Shown: positions 32,090 through 44,377 of the stretch, one piece after another
Layout of the letters: the number at the start of each line of letters is the position of its first letter
How positions within the stretch are numbered: position 1 is the stretch's first letter
Assembly (NCBI RefSeq): GCF_001194135.2
Contig: NC_068998.1
Span: 33,664,692 to 33,709,068 of the forward strand
Length of the DNA stretch: 44,377 nucleotides
From: Octopus bimaculoides
Lineage: Eukaryota
Reading direction: 5' to 3'
The notes under the pieces: generated by a model
Seen by the model: the letters and a program-made list of their open reading frames with translations, nothing else
Told to the model about the DNA's origin: nothing
Databases searched by the model: none
Made by a program: the position numbers and the translations under genes

Positions 32090-34000
32090 TAACCTGGCCA
32101 CTTGTGTCATGGGACATTTTATTGTCACTTGTATCATTCTTCTCCTGATTTATGCTCTTAGAATATTTTATTCTATCTGTCTACTTCCTACTTTCACTGG
32201 TCCTATTTTCTTTGTCTGCCCAGCATCCCAAATATAAATTTTAGCAAACTATTATTGTTTCTTTTTATAATGCATACAAATTATTTCAATTGTAATTTGT
32301 TCTCCGATGTTGAAGAATTTCAGCAACTGATATACTTTATATTTCATAATTAGTTTATATTACATTTTAGTCTCTCTAATTTGTTGCAGAATTAATTCAT
32401 CAATGCATACCACACTCAAGAAATCTTTGGCATTCTTCTCTAGCACCACATCACAAAGTTCTCTATTTTTAATATTATTTATTGATTACTCAAGTTTCTG
32501 CCCCTTCATTAAGAACTAATGATAATTCTCTCAACCATTTACCTTGATTGTTTTGAGAAATTCCGATATGTTTTGTCAGTTTAATGTTTCCTATCTTCTT
32601 TTTTTATCTGCCTTCTAAAGCAATATGCATGTGCAAATATCATAGCTCTTTGAAGGTTGAAAAAATGAATAATCTCACTTATTTGGTTTCTAAAGATAAA
32701 ATTGTTTATTTTATCAGTTGTCCAAAAATGTTTGTTTTCTTTATATTGAGAAAAATGTTGGCTTTTACACAATATTCAGTGCCTTCAATTGATCACATTT
32801 ATTTTCTGAAATCTATGTGCTCTAATTTACATGTCTCAGGTTATTGATGTTCATTTCTACTTTCAAGTTTTTAATTATTGCCTTATTATCATTTCACCAT
32901 ATAGACTGAATAAATTGATTCTTTACTTACTTGAAAACTCTGTCTGTATGTGGCACACAAGATACGCTAGAGCTCTCACCTTCCAGCAAGTATTCCATAG
33001 TCAGTTGTAAAAACTGTACCGTATACAATGAAACATTTACTCACTTCATTAATCTTACATGTGCAGTCATACCACAGATCCCATAATTTTGAAGAATTAT
33101 TTTCTTCATCTACCAAATCTTTGAAAATGAATAACAATCAATTTGAAGTATTTTAAGTAATAATCTACCTGAGATAGAAATATTTCCTACAGTCATTTTT
33201 GTATGCCTTCTTAGAAATTGGAACGTAGTTAGATGTTCTCCAATCAGATGGATATTATTTGTGATCAGAAAGAACAGCTTAATTTGCATGAATTCTTAGA
33301 CTTTGTCTGCAGGCATTAAACATTTCAGTGGAATCACATCCACTCCTGGTTCTAAATTTTTGTACTGTTTTTAGTGTTTCATAACTTCTGTTTTCATTAT
33401 TTTGTGGTTCATCTGCACAGACTGCAGATTTCTTGGATTTGAAAAGATATTCAGTAACAGTTTTCTCATTCTTTCTTTATTTCGGTTTCCTCTGTTACAA
33501 TATGGTTATTTTTGTTTTTCAGTTACAAATTCATGGACAAAACTCTTGGTTATCTGTATAATATTTTAGTCTACTTCTTCAGTTCTCGGTTGTTAAAGTC
33601 TTTTCAATTTCACTGCAGGTTTTAGAAATATACTAACTTTTCTTTGTGGGTTTTGAAAATTCCCATTCAATTGCTTTAGTCTTTGTTTTATTGTGGATTC
33701 ATGATAATTTTCTTCCCTTCTTTTTTTTTTAGTTTTTGTTATTTCTCTTGATTTTCTTGATAACCATGGAAAAAGTTTTAGTAGTTTGTTTTCTAAAGAA
33801 ACATTTTTTCCTGCATTTCTCTTTATAATTTGTTTTATTTGATTGAAACCCTTCCAGCAACATCACTGACTAAAATTTTTCTTTGACTAAAATTTTGTCA
33901 TGGATACTATCAAAGCTTTCAACTGCAACCACCGAACTACTTAGCTAGGCTTTCTTTAGCTCATATACTAATAATTTTAGTGTACTTTAGAGAGTCAATT
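32090..34000 (-). mobile_element. Heavily decayed RTE (BovB-like) LINE ORF
   Basis: Motifs appear in RTE order: PWLSRKSREI...RRE, EPGVDVIP (KAPG-D motif), YPSDWRTSNYVPISKK (W-x-W-K-x-S-x-x-I-P-I-P-K-K), LNIKKT...TTDKINNF, KIENFVMWC*RRMPKIS, NELILQQI. Many stops and a large RT-core deletion. Confidence 0.75.
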
Positions 34001-34269
34001 ACTACCTGACATTTGTTTTCTTATATAAGTAATCTATTTGCTGTTACTTCAAACTACACAAACCCACACCTAACTGACCCCCATTCTTTACGTTTTATAG
34101 CATAGGCATCATTCACACAATTTAGACACCACATACTAAATAATTACCTGGTAAATGTGCTTCAATAAGAATAATTGCAACATTTTACTCTATCAACAGC
34201 CCTAAAACACACTCATATGCATTTATATATGTAAACATACACACATGTAATCATTAACATGTCTGTACT

Positions 34270-34890
34270 AAATGATCTTATTCACTTCGGACACACTCTG
34301 GACAATGGTGACCTTCAGTGAAGCTACTGAATTGCAAGGATGTCAATTAGTCTCCCCTTCAGCCATACTCTGAGAGTAGTAGTCTGTGGTATTTAAATCT
34401 GGTGAGTTTGAACAGGACAAATTTGGTGTTACATGATCCTAGAAAGTCTTAAATTCATTCTTTGGATATGTGGGCTTGGTGAAAAGATGCTGACTCTCAA
34501 TGAAACATGTATGACCTTCCATTGCATACTTCATACATCCAGGGCTTAACAACTAACTCCAGCACTTCAACGTAACCAGAAGCATTAATACTAAGACACT
34601 TTGGAAAGATGTGACGTGGCATGACATGATCTTCATCACTTACCACTCTTGCAACCATTACAGTTGCTGGAAACTTAGCTGGGGGTATCAGAAGGATCTG
34701 CACATAATGATTTTGCAGCATTTAGAAAGCTGGCAATTTCTAAATTGCTGTGTTCTGCAACAATGACTGCATGACTTCTCATTTTTTGTGTTAGCATATC
34801 ATCTTCCATAGGGGATAGAAATAAACAAAATCCTTTTAATTGGTTCGAAACACTGATCATTAAGTGCCTTCAAATATTTCTCACATCCTG
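34270..34890 (-). mobile_element. Second maT-like transposon, internally deleted
   Basis: TA|CAGGATGTGAG terminus at 34890. MLTQKMRSHAVIVAEHSNLEIASFL fused to LCADPSD-KFPATVMV...DHVMPRHIFPKCLSINASGYVEVLELVVKPW...NGRSYMF; other TIR not evident. Confidence 0.75.
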
Positions 34891-35313
34891 TATATATTTG
34901 TATATGCATACCTATATTTTATTTTAGTATTATTTTATATAATTATTGAAATTAATAAAATGTATTTAATTTAGCTTATATACCATTTTTTTCTCTCAGC
35001 TTAATTGGCAGATTTTCAAAATTTGTTCAACACATGACTTTCCAATGGTAAATTAATAGAAACTTTTAGAAAAAAAAATTATAATTTTTCTTATATAAAG
35101 AGAAAATTTACAATATATTAATTAGTTTTAAGTGCAATGCATAAAACTCATTTATGAAGCTTTACAGCTAAATAAGTAAAAAGTATACATGCTCTACTTT
35201 TGAATATTAAGTTCTATTGCTGTATGTAACACCAACATTTACATATATATGTGTGTGTGTATGTATGTATACATACATACATACATATATATATATATAT
35301 GTGTATATATATA

Positions 35314-35364
<51 letters not shown>

Positions 35365-35814
35365 NNNNNNNNNNNNNNNNNNNNNNNNNNNNNNNNNNNN
35401 NNNNNNNNNNNNNNNNNNNNNNNNNNNNNNNNNNNNNNNNNNNNNNNNNNNNNNNNNNNNNNNNNNNNNNNNNNNNNNNNNNNNNNNNNNNNNNNNNNNN
35501 NNNNNNNNNNNNNNNNNNNNNNNNNNNNNNNNNNNNNNNNNNNNNNNNNNNNNNNNNNNNNNNNNNNNNNNNNNNNNNNNNNNNNNNNNNNNNNNNNNNN
35601 NNNNNNNNNNNNNNNNNNNNNNNNNNNNNNNNNNNNNNNNNNNNNNNNNNNNNNNNNNNNNNNNNNNNNNNNNNNNNNNNNNNNNNNNNNNNNNNNNNNN
35701 NNNNNNNNNNNNNNNNNNNNNNNNNNNNNNNNNNNNNNNNNNNNNNNNNNNNNNNNNNNNNNNNNNNNNNNNNNNNNNNNNNNNNNNNNNNNNNNNNNNN
35801 NNNNGACAATCAAC

Positions 35815-36035
35815 CAACACCACTATCAATACTGTCATCAGCATCACCACCACCACCACCACCACCACCACCACCACCGCTGCCACCACCATTATCATCA
35901 TAGCCATCATCATCATCATCCTCATCATCACCACCACCACCACTACCACCACCACCGCTGCCACCACCATTATCATCATAGCCATCATCATCACCACCAC
36001 CACCACCACCACCATCATGATCACTCTCACAATTA
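35815..36035. repeat. Compound (CAC/CAT)n trinucleotide repeat with an internal higher-order duplication
   Basis: accaccaccgctgccaccaccattatcatcatagccatcatcatc occurs twice, about 78 bp apart. Confidence 0.9.
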
Positions 36036-39000
36036 TCATCATTGTTTTAAAAGTCTATTTTTTCATGATGATGCCATAATTTGGACGAATGGAAAAAAAA
36101 AAAATTCAAATCCAGAAAATTATGTGAAGGTATTATAACACCATCGTGAGAAAACTCCTTTAAATTCCTTTGTTACCTTCTAAGGTCAAGGTCACCTGAC
36201 GTATTCAGTCATAAACATCACTCAGTTAATTCTGTAGGAGATATGGCAAATTAAAAAAAAATAATACTAAGTCACCTTTTAAAGTCTACAAACTCTTGCC
36301 ATTTGATATCAAATTGTTTGTGTTGGAATTAGTGTGAGTGATGTTTGGAATTATTGGCTTTCTGTCATATTGGAAGTCATAGGTTCTAATTAAATTAATT
36401 CTGATTTAATTAAATGTCATTGTGTGCAACTATCAGAAAGAGCAGGCAAAATTAACTGCTTCAGGAAAAGAACAAACTGCTTCATTGAGCCATATGTAGG
36501 AGCCCCTATATGGATGCACAGCCTACACAAACTTACAAAATTAGGAACAGTAGACAAATTTCTTTTAATCACATCTCTACCATGTTGAACTGAAAAAGAA
36601 CATGATGGACATTGTATTTCTACAGAAATAGAAAGATGATAGTATCACTGTGGCTAGAATGTTCACAACCATGGGTCTGCTTAAGAACCATAATTTGGGT
36701 TATTATGATGGTTGTGTTACCTCCAACACCACAGCAGAAGAAAAGAATGTGATGCATGGATGTTGTAGTTGCATGAAAATGTCATATTATTTCTGTATCA
36801 ATATTTCTTTTAAGTTGCAATAAACACAATAATACAAAGTGCAACAAGTCTAGGTATTTGATATTAAATATAGGATATTTCTGTGGAGCTTGTGACAATA
36901 ATCTGACCAATGAATATATATTAATAATTCCATATCAGAAGATTTGAAATTTACAGCACTTTATAATTTAATTCACTTCCATCCCATATATAATTCCTAG
37001 GAATAAAACTAATATTATCTTCTTACATATTAACTGTCTATAGTTTAATATAACAGGCAGTCGGCTGGCAAGTATAGATGTAGATCATTTGACTAAAATC
37101 CCTCTAGTTTTCATATATACCTGTCAGCCTGCCTGCCTGTCTGTCTCTCCATCCATCTGTCTGTCTCTCCATCCATCTGTCTGTCTATATATGTATATAT
37201 ATATATATATATATANNNNNNNNNNNNNNNNNNNNNNNNNNNNNNNNNNNNNNNNNNNNNNNNNNNNNNNNNNNNNNNNNNNNNNNNNNNNNNNNNNNNN
37301 NNNNNNNNNNNNNNNNNNNNNNNNNNNNNNNNNNNNATATATATTAAAGTTTGTATATATTATTCAATGAAATTCCAACATAGTCTGATTTTCAAGTCTT
37401 AGTATTTCATAACAGTTTAAGTCAAGAAAGCCTGTTCAAATAGTTATGTTTATCTACTTGAATCTATGAATTGTTCTAAGTGACCTTTTCTTAAATCAAC
37501 TCCTATGTTATTCAGAGGCATAGAACACACTGAATTGCATTGGTTCTGCTTAAAATGATGTTTCTAATATAACGTTGGTTGTAGTAGTAATGTTCTGGTT
37601 CTCCAATTTTCAAGGATATGGCTTCTATATTAAATCAATGTTAATAAAGTTGCTTGAAACTATAAAATCGACTGCTACACCTGTCATCTAAGCACAACCA
37701 TTTCTAATAAAAGATAACAAATGAGTAAGAATTTTACAGTGAGCCATAAAGTTCTCATTGTTGATAGCTTACTACTCTAGATTAGCTTAGGGGTTGCCTC
37801 TGGGATAGATAGCACCAAGCTTTCTAACTTGGTTTTCCTCTTAGATTTGTCTATTTTATGAGCATGATATGTAAGCCTGAAAGCAAAGAATATAAAGTTT
37901 ATCCCAAGAAATTCCAGTTTTATTGATATAAACCCTATTGAGAACCACTTCCTACTGAAATATTAATCCGGAGGTAAATTCAATTCTCAATGTTCTCTGA
38001 CATCTTACTTTATTTACTATAGTCTATGTGACATGACTCAACTGCATTTATCATCCAACGAACATAAAGACAAATTGGATTTTTTAAGATTGCACATATA
38101 TGTATGGATACACTGATAGATAGATGGCTGGTTGGAAAGTTGGTTGGACGGTTGGCTGGTTGGTTGGTTGGTTGATTACCTGGCTTTATATTTTGAATTT
38201 ATCACCAATAGAGAAAGAACTGGTTTCTAAATTAGAAACAAGTCTCTTTCATTGAAAGTTAGGTAAGATCAATAGGGTAGTTATGTATATATGCATGTAC
38301 ACATGTATACATATAAGCCTGTAACACACACACACACACATCTGTATACACATACAAGTGTGCAGGTATTGATGTAATTGCATGTATGAATCTGTTCTCT
38401 TTTGAACTGACTATGCCTGAATTGACTATGCTGGCACAAACATTTTGCATGTCTATCTGCATGTATATGTACTTATTACATGAAAATCTAGAATATTTTA
38501 CATATTTTAACAATGCTTTTGGTAGCTTGTAAAAGTAATCCCTTGATTATGCACATTCTTTCTCTTATTGTGAAGTCCTACTGCTTGATATTGGTATTGA
38601 AGTATTCAAATTTTCCAATAATTATAAGCAGAAATCTTAAACTATAGCTTGAATAGGGTAACTGCAGATGTCCCCTTCATTCAGCACTGCTTTTCACTAA
38701 TTTCTAACATTATGTTCACACTTAGTGGGCCACTGATTTCAAGTATTGTACATAACTTCTCTTTTACCTGGTTTGTTATACTTGCATTTGTTTGAAATCT
38801 TGACAAGAACAATTCACCAGTGTTCTTTCATACTATGTATGATTATGACATCACTCTGTCTGCTTATATTTGTATCCTCAAGATTAACCTTTCTATGGGT
38901 TTTGTTCTATGCATTCATGATAATTTTCATGCAAAATCAACAAAGTTAAAATTCAATAGGAAAAGAAAGGAAAATATTTCAAAGTAAATTGTTATTAAAT

Positions 39001-39829
39001 TTTACAGAAATACTTGAGTTAATTTATCAATCCTTATCGTATGTTGTAAGGGAAACTAAAACTTGAAAGCAGTTTGTGTTGAAGATTTATAAAAAAAAGA
39101 AAAATCATTTAATTTTACATTAATTGAAAAAGAACCTTGGTTAGAAAAATAGTTATCTAGAAATGTATATTTCACTGATAGATTTCATCATGGGAAACAA
39201 GAAAACAATTTTCTAAAAGTTAAAATGTAAAACTTCAATGTTAACTGAAGATTAAAAGAAAATAGAAATAAAACAGGACTTTGAACTTAAGGAACATATG
39301 ATATTTTGAGATAGCAGAAGGTCCTTTGCTGAAGTAAAATTCAATAGAATAATAGCAAAGCAAATGAAAAAAAAAAACATCATCATCGGAATAATTGAAA
39401 TTATAACTAAAACAAGGAATGTTCAGATTTAGGTCTTCTAATCAATTATTTTCAAACATTTTATTTTTTCCATTTGTTTTGTTTCATTTTATATTTAATT
39501 TTTAATTCATCAGTTTATTTTTGTATATCTTAACTTTTATTTGTTTTTTCTTCAATGTATTTAATATTTTTGTATATATCATTATTTCATTAGTTTATTT
39601 CTGTATCGACTTAGATGATGTTGTGCAGCATTTCCAGTCAGTTTGTTTCATTCAAAATATCCTGTTTCATTTTAATTTTAGTTTTAATTTACGTGCACAG
39701 TTTTGAAGGAGGGGGAAGAAAAAAATTAGAACTTGTCAAACTTCAAAGTGTATTCCAGTAACAATATTTCTCCATTCGAAGAGAAATTATTTGCTTTGTT
39801 GTTCCTAATATAATCTATTTTGTTTGTTT

Positions 39830-40160
39830 ATTATTATTGTTGTAGTTGTTGTTGTTGTTATTATTGCACTTGCATTGTACACTTGGTAATTTCAAACATC
39901 CAACATGTACGTTACATTATCAATTATTATTATCATTATATTCAGTTGTCTTATTTTTATTATACGCTTCTACTGCTTTACAGATCAGAACTCTATGCAC
40001 CTTGGATATGGGCATTGTTCTGTTATAGACCTTCATTTTCTGTTGTATTGACAGTATTCTAAGAAATATATGTTCAGTGCCTAGTAGTGCTACTTTCTGA
40101 ACACTATGCATATTTATAAGTCCTAGAGTTTGAACTGTGTATTTGTTTGCCAGTTTGTAA
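39830..40160 (-). mobile_element. Third R4/Dong-type 3' terminal fragment ending in a (TTA/TTG)n tract
   Basis: VQKVALLGTEHIFLRILS matches the QKTALLGT-RILRK C-terminus of the two larger fragments; its 3' end runs into trinucleotide repeat at about 39830-39865. Confidence 0.6.
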
Positions 40161-40799
40161 TCATTCTTACAACATCTATTATTGTTTCTATCTTCAATTA
40201 TCTCATTATACTTATCTTTATTTCAAGATAATTTTGTCTGAATAATTTCTCCATTCCTTTTGAGACTTTATCATTGTAATTTAGATCTGATAACTGGATT
40301 AAGAGGAATTTACTTTTCCAGTGATCATTCGAAATGATTGTTGCTGTATTTCATTGTTTTAGACATACTTTAAGAGTTTGCTTTCTTGGAACAAGAGTTA
40401 CGTACATCTTGGTGACCATGCATAGACATATTCAAATCAACAAGGATATTTGTGGTTAACAAGAATGTTTAAGATTAACAAATGCTGTATGAACAAACAC
40501 TCTAACACAGATTACAAATCCCATCATAACTAATTTATTTATATTTATTGCTTAGAAATAATTTGTCAGTGTCCCATCAGAAATGGTAGTATATCACTAC
40601 AGTTGTGCCAATATTGCTCAACTTCCATAATATATATTAGTTCAAAAGCAAGGTCAGTATAATGTCTTAGCTTTTCAACTCACATGTGCCAAATGTCATA
40701 GCCATTTGGTATGTTGATATTTTATATTCGACTGTCATTTTTATCATGAGTAATGTTTTCAGTTTGTGTGTTATCTGACAATCTGTGTGTACATAAATC

Positions 40800-41170
40800 T
40801 GTTATCTTTTACTTATTTCAGTCATTGAACTGCAGCCATGTTGGGGCACCACCTTAAAGTGATATTTTTTTAGAGTCTGGTAGTAATTTCATCACTCTCT
40901 TTTTGCTGAATAGCTAGCTAACTTACAGAGAATTTAAACAAGCCAACATTGATTGTCAAGTGGTGTGTGTGTGTGTGTGTGTGTGAGGAGGTACATACAC
41001 AAACATAGTCAAACGCACATTGATATATAAGCTTTCAATTACCAGATTACCTCACAAAGCTTCAGCCAGCCCAGTGCTATAGTAGAAAACACTTGCCCAA
41101 GGTTCCATGTGGTAGGACTGAAGCCAAAATGAAGTGGTTGAGATGCAAACTTCTTACCACACAGCCATAC
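40800..41170 (-). mobile_element. Degenerate tRNA-derived SINE
   Basis: gctatagtagaaaacacttgcccaagg...cttaccacacagcc plus the tail ttcagtcattgaactgcagccatgttggggcacc; reverse complement of the 15644 family. Confidence 0.75.
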
Positions 41171-41215
41171 ATAGTATAAATAATTTATATATTTAGGCAT
41201 ATATGTATGTATATA

Positions 41216-41256
<41 letters not shown>

Positions 41257-41735
41257 NNNNNNNNNNNNNNNNNNNNNNNNNNNNNNNNNNNNNNNNNNNN
41301 NNNNNNNNNNNNNNNNNNNNNNNNNNNNNNNNNNNNNNNNNNNNNNNNNNNNNNNNNNNNNNNNNNNNNNNNNNNNNNNNNNNNNNNNNNNNNNNNNNNN
41401 NNNNNNNNNNNNNNNNNNNNNNNNNNNNNNNNNNNNNNNNNNNNNNNNNNNNNNNNNNNNNNNNNNNNNNNNNNNNNNNNNNNNNNNNNNNNNNNNNNNN
41501 NNNNNNNNNNNNNNNNNNNNNNNNNNNNNNNNNNNNNNNNNNNNNNNNNNNNNNNNNNNNNNNNNNNNNNNNNNNNNNNNNNNNNNNNNNNNNNNNNNNN
41601 NNNNNNNNNNNNNNNNNNNNNNNNNNNNNNNNNNNNNNNNNNNNNNNNNNNNNNNNNNNNNNNNNNNNNNNNNNNNNNNNNNNNNNNNNNNNNNNNNNNN
41701 NNNNNNNNNNNNNNNNNTACATATATATGTATACT

Positions 41736-42479
41736 GAGGCAATGACTAGTGACCGAGACCTTTGGAAATATGCTGTGCATGAGAAGACTCGGCAAGCCAA
41801 GTAAGACCATAATCCGTGGCCTCTGCCAGGGGTGTAGCCAGCCCACTTATTCATACCTTTCCTTCACTGGGCACTAAACTCTGCTTGCGAAGACCTGTTG
41901 AGACAAGTGAAATCAAAATCGAACCAAATTTGACGACTGTCACTTATGCCAACCTTTCCTTCATTGGACTCTAAACTCTGCTTGCAAAGACCTGTTGGGG
42001 TAAGTGAAATCGAAATCGTAAGTGAAGCAAATTCGATGACTGGCACCCATGCCAGTGGAGCGCTAACAGTACCATTCAAGCGTGATCATTGCCAGAGCAG
42101 CTGTCTGGCTTCCATGCCGGTGGCATGTAAGTAGTACCATTTGAGCATGATTGTTACCAGCGTCACCTTACTGGCACTTGTGCTGGTGGCACGTGAAAAA
42201 ACATTCAAGCGAGGTGCTGCTGGATTGGCTCCTGTGCAGGTGACACGTGAAAAACACCATTTGAGTGTGGCCATTGCCAGTACCGCCTGATTGGCCCTCG
42301 TGCCGATGGCACGTAAAAGCACCCACTACACTCTCGGAGTGGTTGGCATTAGGAAGGGCATCCAGCTGTAGAAATTCTGCCAGATCAGATTGGAGACTGG
42401 TGCAGCCATCTGGTTCACCAGTCCTCAATCAAATCGTCCAACCCATGGAATGCATAGATTAAATGATGATGATGATGAT
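41736..42479 (+). mobile_element. 3' end of a LINE (probably RTE clade): last codons, long 3' UTR and (GAT)n tail
   Basis: EAMTSDRDLWKYAVHEKTRQAK* resembles RTE C-termini. The UTR has an internal direct repeat (ctaaactctgcttgc...gacctgttg...aagtgaaatc x2); its last 150-250 bp match the tails at 12570, 14225 and 19760. Confidence 0.7.
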
Positions 42480-42608
42480 ATATGTATATGTATATATATG
42501 TATATATATATATACATTTATATATATCTATATGTATATATGTATATATATATATGCATATATATAAATATATATATATGAATATATATATACACACACA
42601 CAAACACA

Positions 42609-42641
<33 letters not shown>

Positions 42642-42816
42642 GGTACTTTTAAAAAACTTATACAGACTTCCATATCCTGTATATCTCTCAACCGTCCCTT
42701 TCACAGTTGTAAATATTTCTTTCACACTTTTCTTTTTCTTTCTTTTGTAATTCCTCATGACAGTTTCATACTTTTTGTATCTCTTCAAGTCTGATAAGAA
42801 GAAGTTATTGTTGCTC

Positions 42817-42868
<52 letters not shown>

Positions 42869-42880
42869 TATTATTATTAT
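42817..42880. repeat. (TTA)n microsatellite
   Basis: Directly visible, nearly pure. Confidence 0.95.
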
Positions 42881-44129
42881 AAACAACAGCAGAAGTATTT
42901 GCAATTCAGCAAAGATTTCAGTTGTCTTTAGTAGTTTGTAAATATCACAATTATACTTTACATCTCATTTTCGTGAAATTTTGAACAAAGGCCAAAAAAT
43001 TTATGAGCTAAATTCAGCTGTGTAGACATACTTATACTCACAAACATGTACACACACACTCAAACGCACACAAACACACACACACTCGCACACACATACA
43101 CTTGCACTCTCATAATACATAAGCATCTTTACATATACATGTACACACACATTAATGCACAAAACCTCAGGCAAGATCTAATGGGATTGCTATTTTATAA
43201 ACTTTAAAACAAAATGTTATGTGTATGCAACATTATATGGACTAAAATGAAAATTAGGAATAAAATTATTCTAGCAAAATCACTGCAGGGCATGGTGAAT
43301 GTACATGTTACAAAAACACACAAATGCATCCATACACACATACAGAATAAATCTGGAAAATGTTTAATGCAATGTGTATAATAATAAGAACAACAATAAT
43401 AATAATAATGATAATAATAATCTTTTGTTTCATGGGCACAAAGGCTTGAAGAGGAAAAATACAAAACTTTTATTTGGGTTAAAAACAAAGAAAATAAGAA
43501 GACATGGAGTGAGAAAAACATGTATGTAAATATGGAACGGAGAGCCTGTAAACATTATTTAACATGTAGAAAACTATATTAAGATTTTAAAAGGACATAT
43601 GGCTTTTCATGATATCAAAGATAATATAGGTTATATGTCTGACTCTAGCCTCGCTAAGAGCAAAGAAAACACTACAATAAAATATGATTCACACCCTTGC
43701 TTTCTCTCTATGTTAAGACTTGTGAGGTAGAATCATCATTAAATTAATAGAAGAAAATTTTTCACAGGCATACAAGAAAAATAGAAGACAGGAAACAACT
43801 GTCCAATATCGATAGAAAGATACAACTTGTTTGCAGAGATGACATTATAGACAAGTGCAATGTGCACAAATGGATGTATAAGTTTCATGATGATTAAAAC
43901 ATGCAATCGGACAGCAGTGATTTCAGCCACTGACCAGAAAATTAATTCACACAGTTAAATGAGTCACAATCCATGAGCTTGTTGTATGACTGTGGTCACA
44001 ATGAATTTCATATATAATTTAGAGAAAAGAACCAAAGTTCATGAACTCATCCATGAAAATCCAGTCACATATAGAAAAAATTAATAAGTAAATACATGAT
44101 AAATAAGTATAATAAAATACAAAGTAAAA

Positions 44130-44300
44130 GTCATAATATAATAATAATAATAAAACGACTACACGTGTTTCATAACCAAGTTTTCAAATAGAAAATAAAA
44201 TATAATCGAATCGATTAAATCGATGTAATTATGATACTTTGATTAATTCTTTTGATGAGCAAAAAATTAAATGTAGACATAAATTACATTATTTATATAA
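44130..44300 (-). mobile_element. Possible PLE terminal remnant next to (AAT)n
   Basis: Minus strand GAAA-CACGTG-T-A with palindrome ACACGTGT (44161-44168); the upstream core is decayed to TTGAAAA. Confidence 0.3.
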
Positions 44301-44332
44301 TAAGTTTAGCTAACTGTGTCTCTCTCTCTATA

Positions 44333-44377
<45 letters not shown>

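Noticed and set aside
35251-36138. Poly-His/Thr/Pro ORFs
   Set aside because: Translation of a (CAC/CAT)n repeat joined to a gap.

Overview
AT-rich eukaryotic genomic scaffold with about ten N-gaps, most flanked by (TA)n. The SINE and LINE-tail families resemble those of octopus/coleoid cephalopods (recognition from memory, no search run). I found no protein-coding host gene; the window reads as intronic or intergenic and is dominated by decayed mobile DNA. It holds many tRNA-derived SINEs, truncated LINE 3' tails, a decayed RTE LINE (32.1-34.0 kb), and three R4/Dong-type REL-endonuclease retrotransposon fragments ending in trinucleotide microsatellites. DNA transposons include a complete Tc1 with 30-bp TIRs and DD36E spacing (21170-22440), a mariner 5' fragment and two internally deleted maT-like elements. 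Several Penelope-like elements (PLEs) are present, two forming long inverted repeats (7.9-8.6 kb and 25.8-27.8 kb) whose ends carry minimal type I hammerhead-ribozyme motifs. The most notable observations are these hammerheads, the repeated SINE-Dong-SINE sandwich at 16.8-19.4 kb, the DD36E Tc1 and a hairpin-unit minisatellite at 12.8 kb. Most ORFs in the supplied track are artefacts of microsatellites, gaps or antisense frames. Boundaries of decayed repeats are approximate.
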